A stretch of 64,000 nt of DNA from an uncultured Chloroflexota bacterium (GCA_937901745.1 CALGSZ010000130.1:3320-67319); one strand, 5' to 3'. Numbered from the stretch's first letter, positions 37,588-47,680 are shown. The notes: generated by a model from the sequence alone, not told the origin. Numbers and translations: made by a program.

Positions 37588-38940
37588 GCCCGCGCGGTCA
37601 GCGACCCAGCGTCCGCGGCGCGCCGCCTGCTCGCCGCCGTACGCCTCATCGAGCACCTCGACGATATGGCGGACCGGCATGCGGTTGCCCTTGCGGTCCA
37701 GGCACGCCCGGAGCTGCATCGCGCAGCCGGGATTTGCCGTGATCACCTCCTGCGCGTCGGTCGCGAGGATGTTTTGCGCCTTGCGATCGCCCAGGTCGTT
37801 CGCCATCTCGCGCCGGATCAGGTTGTAGATGCCGGCGCTGCCGCAGCAGAGGGACGACTCACGCATCTCCTTCAGCTGCAGCCCCGGAATGGATTTCAGC
37901 AGCTTGCGCGGCTGCTCAGTGATCCGCTGCGCGTGCGCCAGGTGGCACGGCTCCTGATAGGTAACCGTGCGCTCGAGACGGCGCGGCGGCTCCTGGAGCG
38001 GGCGCTTCGCCAGATATTCCGTCACGTCGTGGATGCGCTCGCTGAACTTCTTGGCCCGCTCCGCGTATTCGGGATCGTCCTTCAGCAGGTAGCTGTATTC
38101 CTTCAGTGCCGCGCCGCAACCCGCCGCCGTCACGATGATCGGATCATCCCCGGTCGCCTCGAACGCTTCGATGTTCCGGCGAGCCAACCGGCGCGCCTCC
38201 TCCATCATCCCGCTGTGGACATGCAGCGCGCCGCAGCACCCCTGCCCAACCGGCACATCAACCGCGTTGCCATTGTGGGCGAGGACACGGGCAGCCGCGC
38301 GATTCGTATCAGCGAAGACGGTCCCCATCACGCAGCCGTTGAAGAGCTGGACCGCGGCGGCCGGTCGCTGCGGACGCCACCGCTCCGTGCCGGGGATCAG
38401 GAACCGGCGCGAAATGTGCGGCGTCATCGCCTCGACCTCGGCCAGCCCCATCACGCGCAGCACGCCAGTGCGCCGCGCCAGCGTCTGCAGGCCCGTCCGC
38501 TGGTACAGCCGGATCGCGCCGACCACGCCACGCAGGCGAGAGAGATCATCGAACAACCAGCCGAGCGCGACCTTGCGCACTGCCCGCTGCCACAACGGCC
38601 GTGGCCGGTGCTGCTCGAGCTGCGCGCGGGACGCCTCGACCAGCGGCCCGTAGTGGACGCCAGAAGGACAGACCGCTTCGCACGCCCTGCAGTTCAGGCA
38701 CTGGTACATCTGCTCGTCGAAGACCGGATCGAGCAGATTGAGCCGCCCCTCCGCGACCGCGTTCATCAGCCAGAGCCGGCCGCGCGGCGAGGACATCTCT
38801 TGCCCGGTCATCCGGTACGTCGGGCACGAGGACAGGCACATGCCGCAATGGACGCAGGCACGCAGTAGCTCGGGCTCCGGCACATCCGTCCCCGAAAACC
38901 CGCCCAACCGGCGCAGATCGGCTTCCTCCGCAACGACCAT
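37573..38940 (-). CDS. glcF: glycolate oxidase iron-sulfur subunit
   Basis: CVHCGMCLSSCP, SPRGR, CLNCRACEAVCP, two CCG domains, TANPGC. Confidence 0.88.
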   Translation of the reverse strand: MVVAEEADLRRLGGFSGTDVPEPELLRACVHCGMCLSSCPTYRMTGQEMSSPRGRLWLMNAVAEGRLNLLDPVFDEQMYQCLNCRACEAVCPSGVHYGPLVEASRAQLEQHRPRPLWQRAVRKVALGWLFDDLSRLRGVVGAIRLYQRTGLQTLARRTGVLRVMGLAEVEAMTPHISRRFLIPGTERWRPQRPAAAVQLFNGCVMGTVFADTNRAAARVLAHNGNAVDVPVGQGCCGALHVHSGMMEEARRLARRNIEAFEATGDDPIIVTAAGCGAALKEYSYLLKDDPEYAERAKKFSERIHDVTEYLAKRPLQEPPRRLERTVTYQEPCHLAHAQRITEQPRKLLKSIPGLQLKEMRESSLCCGSAGIYNLIRREMANDLGDRKAQNILATDAQEVITANPGCAMQLRACLDRKGNRMPVRHIVEVLDEAYGGEQAARRGRWVADRAGSEVG

Positions 38941-38987
38941 CTTCGTCCATCCTCTGGCAGACGCCCGCGAAGGCGTCCTCACCACGC

Positions 38988-40250
38988 TTAGATCCCGCCG
39001 GCAAATCGCCCCGGATTCAGGACCCGCGTTGGATCGAATTCCTGTTTGAGCGCGCGCATGACGTCAAGCGTCGCCGGCGGCTTCCCCCAGACGTCAATGC
39101 CGCGCTTGAACTCCACCGGCGCTCGCATCACCGTCAAATAATCTGTCAGCCCCAAGAGCGACTCGCGCCACTGGTGGAACCGCGCGACCGTCGCCTCGTC
39201 CGCTTCCCCGCCGATCTTGAGCAGCGCCGCGCCAAGTCCTGGCGAGACGTGGATCGCTTCCAGCGGCAGCTCGTGCTCCGTCGCGAGCTCCGTCGCGCGC
39301 GTCAGCACCTCACCCAGCCGCTTCGACACGGTGCCAAGGCGGACGGTGACGCCGCGCTCGTGTCGCGCCAGCGACTCTTCCTTGATATAGCCGGCCCACC
39401 ACGCCGCGCTGTCGCCAGCGTCTAGCGTCGTCGCCTCGGCGGCGAGCAGGTCGCTGCACTCGCGCGCGAGCAGCCGAACCGTCTCCTCCCGCCCCTCGAT
39501 CCGCGCCGCCAGCAACCAGCGCCCATCCGTCTGAGCGACTTCGAGCGCGGCGGGCCGGACCCGGCTGCCCCGGACTCGGTCCGCCGCCGCCAACGCACCG
39601 GACAGCGTCGCATAGCTCGCCTGAATCGTGCTCTCGAACCGCGGCAGCGGCATCACCTTGAAGTTCGCGGAGACGATCACCGCCAGTGTGCCGAGCGATC
39701 CGTGGTACAGGCGCATCAAGTCGAAGCCCGACACGTTCTTGACCACCATCCCGCCGGCCTTGCTGACTGCCCCAGTCGGGTGCGCCACGGAGATCCCGAT
39801 CAGCAGGTCTCGCAGCGTCCCTAGCCCGTACCGTCGCGGACCGGCCAGCGCCGTCGCGATCAACCCGCCGATCGTCGCGCGCTCCGGCTCCGGCACGTCA
39901 ATCGGCAGAGTCTGACCGTGCTCGGCGAGTACCGCCTGCACGTCCGCGAACCGAGAGCCAGCGGCGACCGAAAGCGTCAGATCGGTCGGCTCATACGCCA
40001 AGATGCCCGTCAGCCGCTCCAGCGAGAGCGCTACGTCGAGCCGCTCCGGCGGGTTTCCTAGCGCGAGCGCCGTCCCCCCGCCGACCGGCGCGACTCCCAG
40101 ACCACGCTCCGCCGCGTCCGCCAGCGCCTCGGCAACCTCCGTGGGCGTCTGCGGCGTGACGACGGCGGATGGGCACATTCCATCAATGACGACCGACGCC
40201 GGGTCGCGCGAATCCTGTGCTGGCGAAGGATTAGAACGCGTAGATTCCAT
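38988..40250 (-). CDS. glcE: glycolate oxidase FAD-binding subunit
   Basis: YEPTDLT, ATIGG, GPRRY, GGMVVKNVSGFDL, GSLGTL, FDP..LNPGR; lies between glcD and glcF. Confidence 0.85.
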   Translation of the reverse strand: MESTRSNPSPAQDSRDPASVVIDGMCPSAVVTPQTPTEVAEALADAAERGLGVAPVGGGTALALGNPPERLDVALSLERLTGILAYEPTDLTLSVAAGSRFADVQAVLAEHGQTLPIDVPEPERATIGGLIATALAGPRRYGLGTLRDLLIGISVAHPTGAVSKAGGMVVKNVSGFDLMRLYHGSLGTLAVIVSANFKVMPLPRFESTIQASYATLSGALAAADRVRGSRVRPAALEVAQTDGRWLLAARIEGREETVRLLARECSDLLAAEATTLDAGDSAAWWAGYIKEESLARHERGVTVRLGTVSKRLGEVLTRATELATEHELPLEAIHVSPGLGAALLKIGGEADEATVARFHQWRESLLGLTDYLTVMRAPVEFKRGIDVWGKPPATLDVMRALKQEFDPTRVLNPGRFAGGI

Positions 40251-41709
40251 GCTTCTGTGCCATCGCCTGTAGCCGCAGCGCCCGGACCTCCCCGCAGACG
40301 TATCCCTTCGGGAACACCTTCTCCGGGTTGAACAGACCCCGCGGATCGAAGCTGTTCTTCAGCCCAGCCATCGCGGCCAAGTCCTCTGCCGTGAAGACGA
40401 GCGTCATGTATCCCCGCTTCTCGGTCCCGATCCCGTGCTCGCCGGAGAGGCTGCCGCCCACCTCGACGCAGTACTTGATCAGCTCCTTGCTGGCCAGCAG
40501 GATACGCTCGACATCCCCCTTCTTGTGCCGGTCGAAGAGCATCAGCGGGTGCAGGTTGCCATCGCCCGCGTGGAAGACGTTCGCGATCCGCAGCCCGAAC
40601 TCATTGCCAATCTCGCCCACGCGGCGCAGCGTCGCCGGCAGCTTGGTGCGCGGAACGACGGTGTCATGCAGGTAGTAGTTCGGAGCCAGGCGCCCCATCG
40701 CGGCGAGCGCCATCTTCCGCCCTTTCCAGAGCAGCTCGCGCTCCGCCTTCTCACTCGCGACGCGCACCTCTCGCGCGCCGACCTCGATGCAGAGTTCGCG
40801 CACCTCGGCCGCCGTCGCGGCGACGTCCTCGGCGATGCCGTCCACCTCGATCAGCAGGACCGCGCCCGCGTCCATCGGGTAGCCAGCGTGGTACGCGGGC
40901 TCCACCGCCTGGATCGTCAGGTTGTCCATCATCTCCAGCGCGGCGGGAATGATGCCAGCGCCGATGATCCGCGACACGGCATGGGACGCCGAATCAATGT
41001 CCGGGAAATCGGCGAGCATGACCGTGACCGCTTCCGGCAGCGGCGTCAGCCGCACCAGCGCCTTGGTCACGATGCCGAGCATCCCCTCGGAGCCGACCAG
41101 CGCGCCGGTCAGGTCGTATCCCGGCTGCCCGGCGGTCCGCCCGCCGACCCAGACGATGCGCCCGTCCGGCAGGACCACCTCCAGCCCCAGGATGTGATTT
41201 GTTGTCACGCCGTACTTCAGGCAGTGCGGCCCGCCTGAGTTCTCCGCGACATTGCCGCCGATCGTGCAGGCGCGCTGGCTCGACGGGTCCGGCGCGAAGA
41301 AGTACCCGTCCGGCTGGACGGCTTCCGTCAGCTCCAAATTGATGACGCCCGGCTCGACGAGCGCGACGCGATCCTCCCGGTCGATCTCCAGGATGCGGTT
41401 CATCCGCGTCAGCGCGATGATGATGCCCCCGCTCTGCGCGACCGCGCCGCCGGATAGCCCGGTGCCCGCCCCGCGCGGGACCACCGGCAACCCTTCGGCG
41501 GCCGCCAGCCGCACGACTTCGGCAACTTGCTCCGCCGTCGTCGGCAGCACCACCGCGGTTGGCCGCGCGGTCTCGACCGCCCCGTCAACCGAGCCGTCGT
41601 ACTCGTAAACCAGCAGATCAGCCGGCCGGTGGAAGACTCCCCCCGGTCCAACGATCCGCTCTAGTCGCTCAATGATGCTCGCGCGGTCCATGGCCGCCCG
41701 TCCTTCCAT
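40231..41709 (-). CDS. glcD: glycolate oxidase FAD-linked subunit
   Basis: PRGAGTGLSGG, PDPSSQRACTIGGN, GGPHCLKYG, HAGDGNLHP, GEHGIG; alternative start 41691. Confidence 0.9.
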   Translation of the reverse strand: MEGRAAMDRASIIERLERIVGPGGVFHRPADLLVYEYDGSVDGAVETARPTAVVLPTTAEQVAEVVRLAAAEGLPVVPRGAGTGLSGGAVAQSGGIIIALTRMNRILEIDREDRVALVEPGVINLELTEAVQPDGYFFAPDPSSQRACTIGGNVAENSGGPHCLKYGVTTNHILGLEVVLPDGRIVWVGGRTAGQPGYDLTGALVGSEGMLGIVTKALVRLTPLPEAVTVMLADFPDIDSASHAVSRIIGAGIIPAALEMMDNLTIQAVEPAYHAGYPMDAGAVLLIEVDGIAEDVAATAAEVRELCIEVGAREVRVASEKAERELLWKGRKMALAAMGRLAPNYYLHDTVVPRTKLPATLRRVGEIGNEFGLRIANVFHAGDGNLHPLMLFDRHKKGDVERILLASKELIKYCVEVGGSLSGEHGIGTEKRGYMTLVFTAEDLAAMAGLKNSFDPRGLFNPEKVFPKGYVCGEVRALRLQAMAQKHGIYAF

Positions 41710-41986
41710 TACCTACCGCGCCATGAGAACCACAACGCCTCGTCAAGTATCGCCTTCCCCTTCCCGCCCGGCAACAGACGTGGAGCGCCTGCCCAAGCGC
41801 GATAGGTAGCAAAGATGTGGCGGTCGCCCAGCGCGGGATCGTGGCGAGCCAAGCGCCGAGCTCGCCCACCATTCATGCGAGTCCGACCAGCAGTTTGACG
41901 CTCGTGCCATACTGTCAGTAACGCGCCCCGCACGGCGGCCGGTTTGCCCGTCGCGGCCGGCCGGTGGACGAGGGAGAGATCGAGAA

Positions 41987-42475
41987 ATGTCAGGCGCCGC
42001 GGAGCAGCCAACCTACTGGATCATTGTTGGATCGCCCGAGAACTTCCAGCGCACCGCTGAGCTCGGCTTCACCATCCAGGGCATCAAGTCCCGCCACCGC
42101 AAAAAGGCCGAGCGCATGAAGCCCGGTGACAAGATCATCTACTACATCACCGGGAAGAAGGCGTTCGCGGGCATCGCCACGATCACCTCGAATTATTTCG
42201 AGAGCCACGAGCGGATCTGGCAGAGCGGCGACCCGAAGAAGGCGGCGGAAGATTATCCGTACCGCGTGCGGATCGAGCCAGACATCATTCTGACGGAGGA
42301 GGCGTTCGTTCCGGCCGAGGGCATCGCCCGTCAGATGGTCTACGTCAGCAAGTGGCCGGCGGAGAACTGGACGCTCGCCTTCCAAGGCAACGTCCACGAG
42401 ATCGGCGAGCAGGACTACCTGCTGATCCGCGAGGCGCTCGAAGCCCGGGTGCCAGCGGGCGCCAGCAGTGGATAA
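41987..42475 (+). CDS. EVE domain (PUA-like) protein
   Basis: YWII..SPENF, MKPGDKIIYY, YPYRV, HEIGEQDY. Confidence 0.8.
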   Translation: MSGAAEQPTYWIIVGSPENFQRTAELGFTIQGIKSRHRKKAERMKPGDKIIYYITGKKAFAGIATITSNYFESHERIWQSGDPKKAAEDYPYRVRIEPDIILTEEAFVPAEGIARQMVYVSKWPAENWTLAFQGNVHEIGEQDYLLIREALEARVPAGASSG

Positions 42476-42827
42476 GCCGCCAGATAGCTTCGACGATGAC
42501 TCGCGGCCGGCGAGCTACCGCGTGCATCTCTGCTTCGGCCCGAATTGCACCCCGCGCGGCAGCCGGGCGCTCTTGCCGGTCCTCATGGACGCGGTGAGGC
42601 GAGCTGGCATCGCCGACCGCGTCGAGATTCTGGCGACCACCTGCCGCAACCGGTGCGATGACGGCCCATCCATGAACGTCTATCCCGGCCCGGTCTTCTA
42701 CAACGACCTGGTGCCGGAGGCGATCGAAGAGATCGTGCGCGAGCACCTGGTAGGTGGCCGGCCCGTCGAGCGCTGGCGCTACCGGGAGCGAGCGAGAGGG
42801 CCGCGAGCCGGATCGAGGCGCCGCTGA
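42468..42827 (+). CDS. thioredoxin-like [2Fe-2S] ferredoxin
   Basis: CFGPNC...CRNRCDDGP..VYP..FY, EIVREHL. Confidence 0.85.
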   Translation: MDKPPDSFDDDSRPASYRVHLCFGPNCTPRGSRALLPVLMDAVRRAGIADRVEILATTCRNRCDDGPSMNVYPGPVFYNDLVPEAIEEIVREHLVGGRPVERWRYRERARGPRAGSRRR

Positions 42828-42857
42828 GCGCGTTACATCAAACGAAGGAGGACGGAG

Positions 42858-43346
42858 GTGGCGACCGTCACGGTCGAGACTCGGCCTGGGCATCCCTTCG
42901 CGATGGACGTTACCGCCCGCGAATTCACGTTCGTCTCGGATGAGCCGTCTCCTGATGGCGAGGATCTTGGTCCATCTCCCTACGAGCTGCTGCTCGCCGC
43001 CCTCGGCTCGTGCACGGCCATGACGCTGGAGATGTACGCGCGTCGCAAGGGTTGGCCGCTGGAGCGCGTCAACGTTCATCTGACCTTCGAGCGCGTGCAC
43101 AGCGAGGACGCCGCCAATAGCGAATCGACGTCTCCTCGCCAACGGATCGAAATTATCACCCGCGACATCGAGCTCATCGGCCCGCTCGACGACGCCCAGC
43201 GGGCCCGCATCATGGAGATCGCGGCGAAGTGCCCGGTGCACCGGACCATCACCGGCTCGCCGCAGATCGTCGATCGGCTCCGGAAGAGCGAGGACGCGGG
43301 CTCCGGCGGGCAAGATGGCGCGGAAGACGCTCGCCTGACCGGCTAG
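42858..43346 (+). CDS. OsmC/YhfA-family protein
   Basis: DEP..GEDLGPSPYELLLAALGSCT..YARRK, KCPVHRT. Confidence 0.88.
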   Translation: MATVTVETRPGHPFAMDVTAREFTFVSDEPSPDGEDLGPSPYELLLAALGSCTAMTLEMYARRKGWPLERVNVHLTFERVHSEDAANSESTSPRQRIEIITRDIELIGPLDDAQRARIMEIAAKCPVHRTITGSPQIVDRLRKSEDAGSGGQDGAEDARLTG

Positions 43347-43378
43347 CCAGGCGAGGTAGCGGTCGAAATCTGAGTACA

Positions 43379-43410
43379 CAAACGGCCCGGCGTTGCTGCC
43401 GGGCCGTTTT
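43379..43410. terminator. bidirectional intrinsic terminator (OsmC gene / tmRNA)
   Basis: AAACGGCCCGGC-GTTGCT-GCCGGGCCGTTTT. Confidence 0.8.
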
Positions 43411-43416
43411 CCTTCC

Positions 43417-43775
43417 GGTGGAGATGGGGGGAGTCGAACCCCCGTCCAGAATCTTCGGTCGATTGTCTCCTACGCGCGTAGTCGGTGTTTTGTCTGCCGT
43501 GCCGCGCCCCCACCGACAGGGTCGCGCCACGGTGAGCCGGACTGTCTTAGACGGTCTCGCTCCGGCGGACTTGACCGTCGCGCCCCGCCTGGGTGACGCC
43601 CGCATCCGGTCCCGGCGGGGAGAGGTCCGGGCGGACGCGCTACCTAGAGGTCAGTGACTTAGGCAGCGAGAGCAAGCTGCTGATTGCCAGCTACTTTTTT
43701 TGCCCATTTTATCGAGGCTGGGCGCCTCGGCACGCAACAATCTGACCTCGGACCCTGTCGAAACCAAACATCCCC
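43417..43775 (-). ncRNA. ssrA: tmRNA; tag peptide (A)GNQQLALAA encoded at 43659-43688
   Basis: 5' GGGGATGTTTGGTTTCGAC; 3' GACGGGGGTTCGACTCCCCCCATCTCCACC; G3-U acceptor pair; internal tag ORF ending LALAA-stop; about 360 nt. Confidence 0.96.
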
Positions 43776-43789
43776 AAGGTCACGACATA

Positions 43790-43798
43790 AGTATACCA
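43790..43798 (-). promoter_or_regulatory. extended -10 promoter element for ssrA
   Basis: Minus strand TGG-TATACT about 15 nt upstream of the mature 5' end. Confidence 0.5.
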
Positions 43799-43828
43799 AC
43801 CCCCCCCTGCCCCCGCCACTCTCCTTCA

Positions 43829-43880
43829 CTCCGAACCCCCAACCCCTATCCCCCTCCTCAGCACCCAGCACTCCGCACTC
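43829..43880 (+). repeat. degenerate heptamer tandem repeats
   Basis: CCGAACC CCCAACC CCTATCC and TCAGCAC CCAGCAC TCCGCAC in a strongly C-skewed spacer. Confidence 0.45.
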
Positions 43881-43969
43881 CCTATACTTCCCCCGGCAAC
43901 ACGCGGCCCGGATGCTCCATCATTCTCCGCGCCGCTCGGGTGAATGAATCCGTTCTGTTCGAGGTGACG

Positions 43970-44743
43970 GTGACTGACGAACCGAAACAGCCATCGCCGT
44001 CGTTGAGCCTGGTCATTCCCGCGTACAACGAGGCGCTTCGCATTCGATCCACGCTCCAAACTGCTTGGGAATACTTGGAGCGCCAGCCGTACTCCTCGGA
44101 GCTCCTACTGATCGACGACGGCAGCCGCGACGCGACCGCCACCCTGGCCCGCGACTTCGCGGCGAGCCGGCCTGGCATTCGCGTCCTGACGATCCCGCAC
44201 GGCGGCAAGGCTGCCGCCGTCCGCGCCGGGATGCTTGCGGCTCGCGGCGACTTGATCGCCTTCTCCGACGCGGACCTCGCGACGCCGCTCGAATACCTGG
44301 AAACCTTTCGAGAGTCCGCGTTGAACGGCGCCGCTGTCGTCATCGGCTCGCGGGAGGGCGTCGGCGCGCGCCGCATCGGCGAGCCCGCCTATCGCCACCT
44401 GATGGGACGCGTCTTCAATCTGTTTGTCCGCCTCCTCGTCCTGCCTGGCGTGCAGGATACGCAGTGCGGTTTCAAGCTCTTTCGGCGCGAGGCCGCTCAG
44501 CAGATCCTCTCTCGCGCGCGTCTCTATGCCTCACCGGACGATCCCGTGCTCGGCCCCCGCGTCACCGCGTTCGATGTCGAGCTGCTCGTCATCGCCCGCC
44601 GGCTCGGCTACCGCATCGAGTCGGTACCCGTCGTCTGGACCTACGGCACGCAAAGCAAAGTCAACCCCGTCAGCGATACGATCACCAATGTCTGGGACGT
44701 CCTGCGCGTCAAATGGAACGACTTGCGCGGCCGCTACCGGTGA
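43970..44743 (+). CDS. GT2 polyprenyl-phosphate glycosyltransferase (dolichyl-phosphate beta-glucosyltransferase-like)
   Basis: LVIPAYNE, IDDGSRD, GKAAAVRAG, FSDADLATP, DTQCGFKLF, FDVELL; the ORF track start overlaps tmRNA so a later GTG is used. Confidence 0.88.
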   Translation: MTDEPKQPSPSLSLVIPAYNEALRIRSTLQTAWEYLERQPYSSELLLIDDGSRDATATLARDFAASRPGIRVLTIPHGGKAAAVRAGMLAARGDLIAFSDADLATPLEYLETFRESALNGAAVVIGSREGVGARRIGEPAYRHLMGRVFNLFVRLLVLPGVQDTQCGFKLFRREAAQQILSRARLYASPDDPVLGPRVTAFDVELLVIARRLGYRIESVPVVWTYGTQSKVNPVSDTITNVWDVLRVKWNDLRGRYR

Positions 44744-44867
44744 CCCCAAGGCACGCGTCGCGGCATCAACACCAATGATTCCTCCCATTTCCCCATGCCG
44801 ATCGCGTTCCGGCCCTGCTATCGTGTCGTTAGTAGCGCTCGATTCGTGCCGCGCCTGGAGGTGACGC

Positions 44868-45563
44868 GTGGAAGGTGACATGCGGGAGTTTCCGCTCGCG
44901 GATATCCTGCAGTTCATCTCGCTCGGATCGCGAACTGGTGTCTTGGAGATCGTCCGCCGCGACTCCGTGTACGGCGTGATCTTCACTGCCGGTACGATCA
45001 CCGGCCTGACCGCCGACGGCTGGACACTGGCGCAGGAGCTCAAGGATTCCGACCTCCTGCCGTCCGACGTCCTGACCGGCCTCCTCGCCACCAACTCCAG
45101 CATCGCCGATCTGCGAGCCGCCATCCTCGCCGGCGGCTACATGACCGCCGAGGAGTGGACCGCGTTCGTCTCCCGGCAGGTCGAGCGTCTCCTCTACGCC
45201 CTGTTCGACATTCGCGACGGAAAATTCCGCTTCCGCCAAAACCTGCCCACCAGCGGCGAATGGCTGCCCGTTCGCGTCTCCGCCGACCGCGCCGTCCTCG
45301 AAGGGACTCGCTGGAGCGAGACCTGGGCGCGAGTCGCCGACATCATCCCCTCGCGCCAGACTCGCTTCGAGCGGACGGGCAGCGTTCCCCGCCAGCCGAT
45401 CCGGCTCAGCGCCAATCATTGGCGCGTCTTTGTCGCGACCTCCGATCCGGGGAGCGTCGTCCAGATCGCGGCGCGCACGGTGCTGGCGGAAGTGGAGGTG
45501 ATCGAAGCGCTGGAGTTCCTCATCGGGCACGGGCTCGTTCGGCGGGTGCCGGATAGCGCCTGA
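44868..45563 (+). CDS. DUF4388 (PatA-N-like) domain protein
   Basis: GDMREFPLADILQFISLGSRTGVLEI, LFDIRDGKFRF; C-terminal winged-helix-like segment; SD GGAGGT. Confidence 0.75.
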   Translation: MEGDMREFPLADILQFISLGSRTGVLEIVRRDSVYGVIFTAGTITGLTADGWTLAQELKDSDLLPSDVLTGLLATNSSIADLRAAILAGGYMTAEEWTAFVSRQVERLLYALFDIRDGKFRFRQNLPTSGEWLPVRVSADRAVLEGTRWSETWARVADIIPSRQTRFERTGSVPRQPIRLSANHWRVFVATSDPGSVVQIAARTVLAEVEVIEALEFLIGHGLVRRVPDSA

Positions 45564-45777
45564 CCCGCGCCAGTCGAATCGGGTCAAAGGTTGCGCGGGG
45601 CAGGACCGATGGAGGATGATTCAATGTCAGCGGCGATACCTGACCACGAGTGACGGTTGGACCGAAGACTTAGTACATTCGGGTGAGTCCAAGCCCATCA
45701 CGTCGCGTGTCTCCCGCGTTACCCTGATTCGAGGAGGCCCGTGCCCCCGGCGGCGCCGACCAAAGCGGAGCGACGTC

Positions 45778-46887
45778 GTGTCCGGAGCCAGCAGCAGCGT
45801 GGAACCTCGCGAGACAACGCAGTCGGTGGAAACCCTTCAGGCGATTCTCGATGAAGCACGGCGCGAGCTGTCCTCGACAGAGGGGCGCCTGATGCAACTC
45901 CTCGAGCGCGCCTCGCAGTTCGCGGCCCAGGCAATCCAGGAACAAGCTGAGCTCCAACGGTTCCTCGAAGAGTTCCAGCTCGACTCGGCCCTCTACCAGC
46001 GGCCATCGGGCCGCGGCGATCGAGGGACCTCTCCCCTCTTCGACATCGAGGCGATGCGCGCCGGCGCGCAGGAACTCGCGCAAGAAGTCAATCGCTCGGT
46101 CGCGTTGCGCGGCAACCTGGCTAGCGTGCTGCAACTCATCCAGCTTTGCCAGGACCAGCTTTCGCAGGAGCACGCTTTCCGCTCAGTTCAGGAGACGACG
46201 GACGTCCGGATCCAGCAGCCGATGAACGCCGCGCGCGAGGATGAGCGCCGCCGGCTCGCCCGCGAGATCCACGACGGCCCGGCCCAGGTGCTCACCAACG
46301 CCATTTACGCAATCCAGATCGCGGAGCAAGTCGCCCGCCGCGCCCCGGATCAAGTCGGCGAGGAGTTGCAGCGGGTGCGCGAGCTTCTCAAGGACGGCGT
46401 CGTCGAGATCCGGCGCTTCATGTTCGACCTGCGTCCGACGATGCTGCAGGATCAGGGCCTCGCTCCGACGCTCCGTCGCTACGTGGAGGACTACAATCGC
46501 TTCTTCGCCAAGCGCATTAGCCTCCACATGGAGGAGCCGCTACCGCCACTGACGCCAGAACAGGAATTGACGATCTTCCGTATTGTTCAGGAAGCATTGC
46601 AAAACATTCATAAGCATGCCGGCGCGGATGTCGAAGGCTCGATCGAGCTTCGGCATGACAATGGCATCTTGGAATTGACCATCACCGACAACGGCCGGGG
46701 CTTTGATCCGAAAGCCGTCGTCTCCCGGCCGGGCACCGGCGCGGGGCTGCCAGGAATGCGCGAACGCGCTAAACTGGCAGGAGCCGAGCTGACCGTCGAT
46801 AGCGCTCCAGGATCCGGTACGGTCATCCGGTTACGGATGCGGCTGCGCGCGCAGACGGGTCCGCTCAGCGCCGCGCTCAGTCGGTGA
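45778..46887 (+). CDS. cytoplasmic HisKA_3 sensor kinase (DegS-like)
   Basis: ERRRLAREIHDGPAQ, DLRP..L..GL, FRIVQEALQNIHKHA, DNGRGF, GLPGMRERA; coiled-coil N-terminus, no TM; start uncertain. Confidence 0.88.
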   Translation: MSGASSSVEPRETTQSVETLQAILDEARRELSSTEGRLMQLLERASQFAAQAIQEQAELQRFLEEFQLDSALYQRPSGRGDRGTSPLFDIEAMRAGAQELAQEVNRSVALRGNLASVLQLIQLCQDQLSQEHAFRSVQETTDVRIQQPMNAAREDERRRLAREIHDGPAQVLTNAIYAIQIAEQVARRAPDQVGEELQRVRELLKDGVVEIRRFMFDLRPTMLQDQGLAPTLRRYVEDYNRFFAKRISLHMEEPLPPLTPEQELTIFRIVQEALQNIHKHAGADVEGSIELRHDNGILELTITDNGRGFDPKAVVSRPGTGAGLPGMRERAKLAGAELTVDSAPGSGTVIRLRMRLRAQTGPLSAALSR

Positions 46888-46912
46888 GAGGCCGCGTTTT
46901 GGAGGATGATCC

Positions 46913-47680
46913 GTGAACCGCATCCAAGTCCTAATCGTCGACGATCACCCCCTATTTCGTCGCGGCGTCCGCTGGAGTCTTGAGAACGAGACCGACATCA
47001 TCGTCGTTGGCGAGGCCGGAGATGGGCAAACCGCCGTCCAAATGGCGGACATGCTCGTGCCGGATGTCGTGCTGATCGACATCAACATGCCGCAGATGAG
47101 CGGCCTTGAGGTGACCCGCATTCTCCGCCGCCGCCATCCGCAAACCGGCGTCATCATCCTCACCATGCACGAGGATGATGAGCAGCTCTTCCACGCCATC
47201 CGCGTCGGCGCGGCCGCCTACGCTACCAAGGACATCGAGGCGGAGGAGATCGTTAAGCTGATCCGGCGGGTGGCCCGCGGCGAATACCTGATAAACGAGA
47301 ACGTCCTCTCGCGGCCGTTCGTCGCGTCGCGCGTGCTCGACCAGTTCCGCGAGCTCTCGCAAATGGAGCACGCCACCGACGGCGTCTTCTCCCCACTCAC
47401 GCCGCGCGAGGTTGAGATTCTCGATTGCGTCGCCCAGGGCAACAGCAACAAAGAGATCGCCCGCATCCTCAACATCAGCGATCAGACGGTCAAGAACCAC
47501 ATCACCTCGATCCTGCGCAAGCTCGCGGTCAACGACCGCACGCAGGCGGTGATCTACGCGCTCCGCCACGGCTGGATCAAGCTCAACGACGACACCCCGC
47601 CCGAAGGCGAAGCCGACCTCCCGGCCCGCGTGCCGCGCAACATCGGCGCCGCCGCCCGCCGCATCACCGAGCAGGAATGA
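46913..47680 (+). CDS. NarL/DegU-family response regulator
   Basis: VDDHPLFRRG, DINMP, LTPREVEIL..G.SNKEIA..TVKNHITSILRKL. Confidence 0.93.
   Translation: MNRIQVLIVDDHPLFRRGVRWSLENETDIIVVGEAGDGQTAVQMADMLVPDVVLIDINMPQMSGLEVTRILRRRHPQTGVIILTMHEDDEQLFHAIRVGAAAYATKDIEAEEIVKLIRRVARGEYLINENVLSRPFVASRVLDQFRELSQMEHATDGVFSPLTPREVEILDCVAQGNSNKEIARILNISDQTVKNHITSILRKLAVNDRTQAVIYALRHGWIKLNDDTPPEGEADLPARVPRNIGAAARRITEQE

Noticed and set aside
43346..43420. tmRNA 3' end as an integration site for an island or prophage
   Set aside because: No integrase, no duplicated 3' end seen in the window, and no compositional shift
43393..43969. ORFs overlapping tmRNA and the long N-terminal extension of the GT2 ORF
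   Set aside because: Explained by the RNA gene and its promoter; GT2 homology begins near 43990
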